Below are positions 7,396 to 14,328 of a DNA stretch of 14,328 nt, piece by piece (the stretch's first letter is position 1; each line of letters opens with the position of its first letter). The notes under the pieces are model-generated. The model was not told where the DNA came from, made no database searches, and saw only the letters and a program-made list of their open reading frames with translations. The stretch is from the NCBI GenBank assembly GCA_046757665.1, contig JBHHYO010000069.1, positions 1-14,328 of the forward strand. Direction: 5' to 3'. The position numbers and the translations under genes were made by a program. This stretch comes from Nitrospinales bacterium. GTDB taxonomy: Bacteria; Nitrospinota; Nitrospinia; Nitrospinales; JAJDAT01.

Positions 7396-8097
7396 TTATT
7401 GTGGGATGTTTTTTTGTCCCGGTAGTCTGGGTTGCAAACGTTCCTCGCGTTGGCGCCGCTTGATTCTCTGGCGGATTTCCCGCGCCCGGTTTTTTTCCGT
7501 TTGCGCTCTTTTTCTCTGGAACAGGATGTCCTGTTCGGTCAACTGGCCGCGCTGGGCCTTTTGTGTATCTCGCTCCACTTTCGCGTCACTGCGCTGGGCG
7601 ATGATCTTACTGCCGATGATTCCGGTGGTGGAATCGTAGGGCCATTTAATAATGCTATGGTCGCGGCGCTGGTGGTAAATAAATCCGCTGGCCTGGAACG
7701 TGGGCAGAGTGGTGCCGACTCTTTCCGGCGTCAGGTTAGACTCTCCGCGCGTTCCCAGCACGAAGACCCATAACCGGTCGTCTTGCGCCAGGCCGGTGGG
7801 CGGAGTGATGCGCCGGCGGTCATAACCTTCCGGAACTTTTCGCAAATTCTGGAAGGGATTTCCCGGGAAGAAAGCCGCCTTGCCCTTGATCAGATCGTCG
7901 CCGAAATTGTTCAGGATATTCTGCCGCATGATCTCAATGGTCCGGTCCTCAGCGGCGATTTCAGCGTTTTCGGCGACGGAAAGCATTTTCTGCACGGCGA
8001 CGGAACTTAAAATCCCTATCAAGACAATGACCAGGATCAATTCTATAAAAGTGAATCCCTCTTCCTTGTTCGGAATTTTGTTTCGGCGGATTTGCAT
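7396..8097 (-). CDS. Prepilin-type N-terminal cleavage/methylation domain protein (minor pilin, possibly MshB-like) with a basic C-terminal tail
   Basis: Contains EEG|FTFIELILVIVLIGILSSVAV. Start placed at ATG 8097 (MQIRRNK..., RBS AGAGG upstream; 233 aa); the ORF-track start at 8124 is an alternative. Confidence 0.85.
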   Translation of the reverse strand: MQIRRNKIPNKEEGFTFIELILVIVLIGILSSVAVQKMLSVAENAEIAAEDRTIEIMRQNILNNFGDDLIKGKAAFFPGNPFQNLRKVPEGYDRRRITPPTGLAQDDRLWVFVLGTRGESNLTPERVGTTLPTFQASGFIYHQRRDHSIIKWPYDSTTGIIGSKIIAQRSDAKVERDTQKAQRGQLTEQDILFQRKRAQTEKNRAREIRQRIKRRQREERLQPRLPGQKNIPQ

Positions 8098-8129
8098 CAG
8101 GAAACCTCTATGTTCGCAAAACAATCATT

Positions 8130-9353
8130 TTATTTTCTGGCCATCTGCGTCAAATCCCACATGGGCATAAAGATCGCCAAGGCGAGGAACAGCACGGTTG
8201 CCCCCATGAACACCAGCAGTATAGGCTCGATCATGGTGGAAAGGCTTTTAACCGCGCGGTCGACTTCCTCGTCGTAATAGTCCGCCACCTTGAGCATCAT
8301 CTCGTCCAACGCGCCGGAAGTTTCGCCGGCGGCGATCATTTGCGTGACCAGGGGAGGAACGAAGCCGCTCGTTTTCAAAGGAGCGGCAAGCCCCAGGCCC
8401 TCCTGCACACCCGTACGCACGTCCAGAATGATTTTTTCGATCACCACATTATCCACCACCTTGGCAGTGACGGTGAGAATATCCAGAATGGGCACACCTC
8501 CCATTTGCAGGGTGCCCAGAATCCGGGCGAACTTGGCCATTGAGGATTTGAGCATGACGGGTCCCATGATGGGCATTTTGAGCATCAGGTGATCCCATTG
8601 TCTGTGACCTATTTCGGTCGCGGTGTACCTCTTGAAAGCAAGATAAGCCAGAACGACGCTCGCCAGTAGATAGTACCAGTAAGTGGTGAAAGCATGATTG
8701 AAAGCGATAAGCATTTTCGTGGCCAGCGGCAGTTGAAGTTTCTCTTTTTCAAACATTGCGATGAATGTCGGGACCACCTTCCACATCAAAATGCTGATGG
8801 CGAATACCATGGCCGATAACACCATTTTGGGATACTGCAAGGCCGACTTGACTTTCGCTTCGTTTTCCGCCTGTTTTTCCAGCAGGTCCGCCAGCCGCCT
8901 GAGAATTTCATCCATGACCCCGCCGGCCTCTCCCGCTTCGATCATGCTGAGGAACAGTTCCGAAAACACGTCGGGATGCTTCCGCATCCCTTCGGACAAG
9001 GACAAGCCGCCCTCGATGTCTATCTGCACCTGGGCAATAACATCCTTGAATTTCGGGCTTTCTATCTGATCCTTGAGCGCCGCCAAAATGCCGAGCAAGG
9101 GAATTCCGGCGTTGAACAGCGTCGCCATCTGGCGGGTGAATAACACCATGTCCTTACTCGTGACCTTTTGGAATTTTTGCAGGAAACTCTTCTTTTCTTT
9201 CTTCTCCGTGACGGCGGACTCGGTGTGGATTTTTACGGGGAAATGCCCCATCCTTGCCAGTTCCTGGCCCACAGCGTTCGCATCAGGGGCATTCATCGTC
9301 CCCGATACAAGTTGTCCTCTTTTATTCCTGGCGTTGTACTGAAACAAGGTCAT
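8130..9353 (-). CDS. pilC: Type IV pilus / T2SS inner-membrane platform protein (PilC/MshG/GspF family)
   Basis: 407 aa with two T2SSF repeats: 'FTRQMATLFNAGIPLL...MIEAGEAGG' and 'FARILGTLQMGGVPIL...MIAAGETSGALDEMM...MIEPILLVFMG..V.FLALAIFMPMWDL'. Confidence 0.95.
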   Translation of the reverse strand: MTLFQYNARNKRGQLVSGTMNAPDANAVGQELARMGHFPVKIHTESAVTEKKEKKSFLQKFQKVTSKDMVLFTRQMATLFNAGIPLLGILAALKDQIESPKFKDVIAQVQIDIEGGLSLSEGMRKHPDVFSELFLSMIEAGEAGGVMDEILRRLADLLEKQAENEAKVKSALQYPKMVLSAMVFAISILMWKVVPTFIAMFEKEKLQLPLATKMLIAFNHAFTTYWYYLLASVVLAYLAFKRYTATEIGHRQWDHLMLKMPIMGPVMLKSSMAKFARILGTLQMGGVPILDILTVTAKVVDNVVIEKIILDVRTGVQEGLGLAAPLKTSGFVPPLVTQMIAAGETSGALDEMMLKVADYYDEEVDRAVKSLSTMIEPILLVFMGATVLFLALAIFMPMWDLTQMARK

Positions 9354-9411
9354 CGTTCGAACCGGAAAGTTGTAATTGGGCTGTGACGTGCGAGATCATC
9401 ACCCGAATTAT

Positions 9412-9440
9412 AGAATATAGAATAAAAAATGCGGAAGCAA
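9412..9440 (-). promoter_or_regulatory. Putative sigma70-type promoter upstream of pilC
   Basis: Minus strand TTGCTT (9440-9435)-N17-TATTCT (9417-9412), with a perfect TATAAT adjacent (9412-9407), in a 133-nt intergenic gap. Confidence 0.4.
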
Positions 9441-9486
9441 GGACCTGCCGCACTCACAATTTGGTTTTTCGACATAGGAGGGCTCT

Positions 9487-10854
9487 CTATTCGATCAGTC
9501 CATATTTTTTCATCTTGTTGTGCAAACTTTTCCGGCTGATGCCGAGCCGGTCGGCGGTTTCCTGGCGTTTCCAGTTTTCCTCCCGCAACGCTTCCAGGAT
9601 CAGGCGTTTTTCCGTGGCGCCGACCAGCGTCTCCATCTTGTCCTGCAATGCTGGGCCGGACAACGGTTCTGGAGAACCGTCTCCCAGAGACGGGTAGACC
9701 TCCAGAAGCTGTTTGCGTCCCAAACTATTTTCATAAGCAAGAATGATGCCTCTTTGGATCACATTCTCAAGTTCGCGGATATTTCCCGGCCAGGCGTAGT
9801 TCATCAGCAGTTCCATGCCGCCGTCGGAGATGGTTTCGATGTCTTTTCTGAATTTTCTGTTATACAGCTCGAGAAAATGGTTGGCCAGGACGGGAATATC
9901 CTGTTTGCGCTCCCGCAGTGGAGGGATTTTGATGGAAACGACATTGAGCCGATAAAATAAGTCTTCGCGGAACTCACCCTCCTTCACGGCCTTTTTCAAG
10001 TCCTTGTTGGTGGCGGTGATGAGGCGGATATCCACCTTGATGGACGTTTCGCCGCCCACACGTTCCAATTCGTTTTCCTGGATGACCCGCAATATTTTCG
10101 ATTGCGTGGTGAGGGGCATGTCGCCGATTTCATCCAGGAACAGTGTTCCCTCGTGGGCCTGCTCGAATTTTCCGATCTTGCGTTTCACGGCTCCGGTGAA
10201 GGCGCCCTTTTCAAATCCGAAAAATTCCGCTTCCAACAGGTCATGCGGAATAGCGGTGCAGTTTACTTTGATGAAAGGCTCGTGTTGCCGCGGACTGCCA
10301 AAGTGCAGGGCCTGGGCTATTAATTCCTTTCCCGTGCCGCTTTCTCCAAGAATGAGAACCGCAACATTGCTTGCCGCAACCTTGTTTACTCGTTCGAGAA
10401 CGTCTTTAATTGCCTGACTCGTGCCGAGAATATTGGGGGCTCGCTCCTCCAGATTGGAGCGCAAGGTTTTGACTTCCTTTTGAAGCCGACTGCGCTCCGC
10501 GGCCCGCCGCATCACTATCCGGATCTCTTCTATGTCGAAAGGCTTTGTGAAATAGTCGAACAAACCAACGCGCATCGCCTCAATGGCCAGTTTTTTATTG
10601 CCATACGCGGTGATCAGAATGCCGACGATTTCGGGATGGGTTTCCTTTATTTTTGTGAACGTCTGAATTCCGTTCAGGCCCGGCATGTTGTAGTCCAGGA
10701 TAACAAGGTCGAACCGTTCGCGTTCCAGGAGCCGGAAGGCCTCCTCGCCGTTGGACGCCGTTTTGTAGCGATATCCTTCCTTGGCGATGGTTTCGGAGAG
10801 GAAGAATCGTATGCCTTCCTCATCATCAACGATCAGGATGTTGGCGGCGCTCAT
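9487..10854 (-). CDS. sigma54-dependent response regulator (REC-AAA+-Fis HTH; PilR/NtrC/AtoC family)
   Basis: Receiver domain 'ILIVDDE...LDYNMPG...ITAYG...TKPF'; Walker A GESGTGKE; GAFTGA; Walker B FLDEIGD; 'FREDLFYRLNV'; 'WPGNIRELEN'; HTH 'TADRLGISRKSLHNKMKKYG'. ATG at 10854 preferred over TTG at 10872. Confidence 0.95.
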   Translation of the reverse strand: MSAANILIVDDEEGIRFFLSETIAKEGYRYKTASNGEEAFRLLERERFDLVILDYNMPGLNGIQTFTKIKETHPEIVGILITAYGNKKLAIEAMRVGLFDYFTKPFDIEEIRIVMRRAAERSRLQKEVKTLRSNLEERAPNILGTSQAIKDVLERVNKVAASNVAVLILGESGTGKELIAQALHFGSPRQHEPFIKVNCTAIPHDLLEAEFFGFEKGAFTGAVKRKIGKFEQAHEGTLFLDEIGDMPLTTQSKILRVIQENELERVGGETSIKVDIRLITATNKDLKKAVKEGEFREDLFYRLNVVSIKIPPLRERKQDIPVLANHFLELYNRKFRKDIETISDGGMELLMNYAWPGNIRELENVIQRGIILAYENSLGRKQLLEVYPSLGDGSPEPLSGPALQDKMETLVGATEKRLILEALREENWKRQETADRLGISRKSLHNKMKKYGLIE

Positions 10855-10882
10855 GAAGTTTCGGGGTCTCAAAAGGTTTACG

Positions 10883-12421
10883 TCAGGAGCCGTCCAGGGA
10901 AGTCTGGCTGGGATAAGTGGTCGTGACGGATTCGGCTACCTGGTTCTCCACGGGCAATTCGACCCTGAAAACGGTAAAATCACCCTCGCGGAACACGGAA
11001 ATTTCTCCGCTATGCAGAATAATGATCTGGCGGGTGATCGCCAAACCCAAGCCGATGCCCGCTGTTTTGGTGGTTACGAACGGTTCAAAAATACGGGATT
11101 GCATGTTGGGCTCAATCGGCGGACCGTCGTTCATGATGTTCACCACGATCATTTGACCGGAAGAGGATGCCGCATCCGCGGGCTGATATTCGGTGCTCAT
11201 GCGGATTTCGCCCGTATCTCCGACGGCTTGCAAAGCGTTCAGCATAATGTTGAGAAAAGCTTGGACCAGTTTTCTGCCCTCTGCTTGCACCGGTGGCAGG
11301 TTGGAAGCAAAATTCCGGACGACGCGAACGGTCTTTTTTTCCATTTCAAATCCCGTCAATATCCAGGCCTGCTCCATCAGTTCATTGATGGAGCAAAGAT
11401 TGAACTCTATGATGGAAGGCTGAGTAAAATGGAGTAGATCGGAAACCACCTGGTTCAGCCGGCCAACTTCCCTGATGATCGTACGGGTGTAGCCGCGGCC
11501 GCGGCTGTCTTCCTGGAATTCCTCCTCCAGCAGTTGGGTCAAGCCTTTGATGGTGCCCAGCGGATTGCGGATTTCGTGGGCCAGGTTCGCCGCCATTTGT
11601 CCCAGGGACACCAGCTTGTCGCGCCGCCGGATTTGTTCGGTAATCCGCTGGGCGTGGTGCAGGTCCTTGATGCTGGCGATCATTCCCATCATATGGTCGC
11701 CGGTGTCCTTGAGAATTGTGGTGGAAAGCAACAAACGGATTTCCCGGCCGTTTTCCGTCAATACCTTAATTTCCCGTTCGGTAAGCGTTTTCTGGTGTTG
11801 CAGGGATTCGTAAATTAACCGGTTTAAATTTTCCGTGGTATGGAGGGTTTCGAGCAAATCGCCCATGGGTTTGCCGATGAAGTCCTTCGCCTCCTTGCCG
11901 AAAATGCTCATGGCACCAGAGTTCATGGACAGGATATTTCCCGCCTTATCCAGCAAGAACCATCTGCTACTCATGCCGTCGATCAGATATTTGTTGATCG
12001 AGGAAACCATGAGGTTAAAATCTTTTCCCACCGGAGCCAATTCATCGAGCCGTTCCACTTCCAGCTTGGCGTTGAAGTCGCCTCTGGCAATCTGCCGGGC
12101 TCTCGCCGTAATCTGTTTCAAGGGCTTGGAAATCGCGTAAGCGATACCTAATCCGGAAAAAACTCCCAACACGGTGAAGAAAAGAATCTCCAGTTTGATG
12201 ATACCCATGGTTTCATGGATTTTTGCCTGTTCCAGGGGTTCAAAGGGAACATTCTCGGTCAGGAAAAAATGTTCCATCAGGTCAAGGGCAACGAAACCGG
12301 AGCTGAAAGCAAAGAGAGCAACCACCATCGGAACTACCAGGAACAAACCGGGAGAAAGTTTTTTATTCAGCAGGTGGTGCAGGGAAATCGACTGGCTTTT
12401 TTCGAGTTTTGGGTTCCCCAT
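10883..12421 (-). CDS. Sensor histidine kinase (2 TM, HAMP, PAS, HisKA, HATPase_c), likely cognate of the downstream sigma54 regulator
   Basis: HAMP 'SKPLKQITARARQIARGDF...DELAPVGKDFNLM'; PAS-like 'LDKAGNILSMNSGAMSIFG...IGK'; H-box AHEIRNPLG; N-box 'QAFLNIMLNALQA'; F-box IFEPFVTTK; G2 GIGLGL. Confidence 0.95.
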   Translation of the reverse strand: MGNPKLEKSQSISLHHLLNKKLSPGLFLVVPMVVALFAFSSGFVALDLMEHFFLTENVPFEPLEQAKIHETMGIIKLEILFFTVLGVFSGLGIAYAISKPLKQITARARQIARGDFNAKLEVERLDELAPVGKDFNLMVSSINKYLIDGMSSRWFLLDKAGNILSMNSGAMSIFGKEAKDFIGKPMGDLLETLHTTENLNRLIYESLQHQKTLTEREIKVLTENGREIRLLLSTTILKDTGDHMMGMIASIKDLHHAQRITEQIRRRDKLVSLGQMAANLAHEIRNPLGTIKGLTQLLEEEFQEDSRGRGYTRTIIREVGRLNQVVSDLLHFTQPSIIEFNLCSINELMEQAWILTGFEMEKKTVRVVRNFASNLPPVQAEGRKLVQAFLNIMLNALQAVGDTGEIRMSTEYQPADAASSSGQMIVVNIMNDGPPIEPNMQSRIFEPFVTTKTAGIGLGLAITRQIIILHSGEISVFREGDFTVFRVELPVENQVAESVTTTYPSQTSLDGS

Positions 12422-12532
12422 GGTCTTTTAAGGAGCAGAAGCGGGAAGGTGGCTGGGGGAAAGGTGATAGACGACCTTATCGGCGTGGTTCAATTTCCGG
12501 CTTCTGGCCCTCGGCTCCCGCACATTGAACGT

Positions 12533-14242
12533 TTATTCGGCGAACGTTACGCGGTTTACTTCCTCTAAGGTAGTGTAACCGTTCAAAACTTTTTGCAGGG
12601 CGTCATAACGCAAGGTTCTTAATCCTTGGGTTTGCCTGGCGGCTTTAAGAATGGTCATGGGAGCGGCCTGTTTTAAAATCAGTGCCCGGATATCATCAGT
12701 GACCATTAATACTTCGAAAATGCCGATTCGGCCCTGGTATCCGCTTCGTTTACACTGTCGGCATCCTTCGCCGCGGCTTAGCAAAACCTTTTTATCGGTT
12801 CCCTTTGGGAACAACTGTTTCAACTCATCCGGGCCGAGTTCATACTTCGTTTTGCAATTCTGGCAAATCCTCCGGGCGAGGCGCTGAGCGAGAACGCCAA
12901 CGATCGACGAGGCCAGCAAAAACGGCTCGGCTCCCAGGTCGGACAACCGCGACAAGGCCCCCGCAGTGTCGTTGGTATGCAGTGTGCTCAACACCAGATG
13001 GCCCGTCAAGGCGGCCTGGATGGCAATGTCGCTGGTTTCGCCATCTCGGATTTCACCCACCATAATGATGTCGGGGTCCTGCCGCATCAGGGAGCGCAAA
13101 CCCGTGGCAAAGGTGATCCCCGCTTTCGGGTTCACCTGGGTCTGGCGGATGCCCGGCAAACGGTATTCCACCGGGTCCTCGATGGTTTTGATGTTTTTCG
13201 TCTTGCAATCCAGCAGGTTCAGGGAAGCGTACAACGTGGTGGTTTTCCCGCTTCCCGTGGGGCCGGTGACCAGAATTACCCCGTAGGGTTTTTTCAGCAG
13301 GGTCTGGTATTTTTCCAGACTGCTTCCCATCAAGCCAGACGTTTTTAAATCAACCATGAGTTTGCTTTTATCGAGGATACGCAAAACCATGTTTTCGCCA
13401 TAGATGGTGGGGCAGGTGGAAACGCGCAGTTCGATTTCCTTGGCGCCCAGTTTTATGGAAAACCCTCCGTCCTGCGGAGCCCGTGTTTCCGCGATGTCCA
13501 GGTTGGACATTACCTTGATGCGCGAAATCAAGGCCGACTCAACGCTTTTCGGCGGGTGGGTGGCCTCGAACAACACTCCGTCGATCCGGTAACGGATATT
13601 GAGATCGTCTTCAGTGGGTTCGATGTGGATATCGCTGGCGCCGTCATCCAGCGCCTGCTTAAGGATCACTTCCACCAGTTTTGCCACGGGAGTCTCGGAC
13701 ACTTCCAAAGCGGCGGCGGCGGGCTGGTCTTCCAGCACGGCCTGGGCTTCCTGTTTCTTAGCGTCCAGTACGCCGATGCTTTTCATGGCGGCCTCGATCG
13801 AGGCCGCGACCCCGTAATACTCCTGGATGGCATGTTCGATGTCCTCGCCGGGGCTGACCGCGGGTTTGACGTCCATTCCCGAATGAATGGTCACCTCGTC
13901 GATGGCGAATATGTTTAGTGGGTCGGCCATGGCGACCGTCAACTGCCCGTCTTGAATGGCAATGGGAATCAGCGTGTGTTTCTCTGCGATATTTTGTTCC
14001 ACCTTTTTGATCGCCGCCTGGTTGATCTTGATCTCCCGCAGGTCGACATAAGGGATTTTCAACTGCTTGGCAAGACTGTCGGCCAGTTTGTCCTCGGTAA
14101 GAAACCGGATTCGAACCAGGGTTTTTCCCAGTCGTTCGCCGCTCGTTTTTTGAATTCGAAGCGCTTCTTCCAACTGCTCTTTGGTGATCGCTCCCGCTTG
14201 GACCAGGACATCGCCTAATCTCAACTTTTCTCGTGTCGCCAT
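12533..14242 (-). CDS. pilB: Type IV pilus assembly ATPase (PilB/MshE/GspE family) with N-terminal MshEN domain
   Basis: Walker A GPTGSGKTT, Asp box TIEDPVEY, Walker B DPDIIMVGEIRD, His box TGHLVLSTLHTND, and tetracysteine CQNC...CRQC. Tandem RLG motifs at the N-terminus. RBS GAAGGA. Confidence 0.96.
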   Translation of the reverse strand: MATREKLRLGDVLVQAGAITKEQLEEALRIQKTSGERLGKTLVRIRFLTEDKLADSLAKQLKIPYVDLREIKINQAAIKKVEQNIAEKHTLIPIAIQDGQLTVAMADPLNIFAIDEVTIHSGMDVKPAVSPGEDIEHAIQEYYGVAASIEAAMKSIGVLDAKKQEAQAVLEDQPAAAALEVSETPVAKLVEVILKQALDDGASDIHIEPTEDDLNIRYRIDGVLFEATHPPKSVESALISRIKVMSNLDIAETRAPQDGGFSIKLGAKEIELRVSTCPTIYGENMVLRILDKSKLMVDLKTSGLMGSSLEKYQTLLKKPYGVILVTGPTGSGKTTTLYASLNLLDCKTKNIKTIEDPVEYRLPGIRQTQVNPKAGITFATGLRSLMRQDPDIIMVGEIRDGETSDIAIQAALTGHLVLSTLHTNDTAGALSRLSDLGAEPFLLASSIVGVLAQRLARRICQNCKTKYELGPDELKQLFPKGTDKKVLLSRGEGCRQCKRSGYQGRIGIFEVLMVTDDIRALILKQAAPMTILKAARQTQGLRTLRYDALQKVLNGYTTLEEVNRVTFAE

Positions 14243-14277
14243 GTCTTTATTTGTCCTTCAATGTGATTCTCAATAAC

Positions 14278-14307
14278 ATGCTACTACTGTTTAAGGAAAG
14301 AAGGCAA
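14278..14307 (-). promoter_or_regulatory. Possible sigma70-type promoter upstream of pilB
   Basis: Minus strand TTGCCT (14307-14302)-N18-TAGCAT (14283-14278). Upstream context is cut off by the window end. Confidence 0.3.
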
Positions 14308-14328
14308 CCGGCACTGCAAGCCGATTTA

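Noticed and set aside
9437-9450. sigma54 promoter upstream of pilC (minus CGGCAGGTCCTTGC)
   Set aside because: Spacing is GG-N9-GC; sigma54 requires exactly N10.
12422-12532. Structured RNA between pilB and the kinase (GTTCAAT...ATTGAAC inverted repeat)
   Set aside because: Only a 7-bp closing stem with irregular interior pairing and no recognisable family.
8130-14242. Type II secretion system (gspE/gspF) instead of a pilus
   Set aside because: The pilin lacks GspG features and is MshA-like with its own sigma54 promoter. No gspD/L/M or gspH-K series is present in the window.

Overview
All ten credible CDSs lie on the minus strand and form one type IV pilus locus. In transcription order (right to left) they are: a PilB/MshE assembly ATPase with an N-terminal MshEN c-di-GMP-binding double motif; a 2-TM HAMP-PAS histidine kinase; a sigma54 enhancer-binding response regulator (REC-AAA+-HTH, PilR/NtrC-like); a PilC/MshG platform protein; a pilin-like protein with a very basic C-terminal tail; an unknown 4-TM membrane protein made of two internal repeats; a short, Cys-free, MshA-like major pilin ending in Ser; and three overlapping GT-C-type membrane glycosyltransferase genes (YfhO-like, PMT_2/ArnT-like, Wzy_C O-antigen ligase/O-OTase-like). 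The pilin gene has its own -24/-12 sigma54 promoter, a thrice-repeated upstream 12-mer (candidate enhancer) and a strong 3' stem-loop. The most notable inference is an MSHA-like pilus with two control layers (c-di-GMP and a sigma54 two-component system), coupled to a three-enzyme pilin/surface glycosylation cassette. No RNA genes, mobile elements or CRISPR arrays were recognised. Family calls come from motif reading, not database searches.
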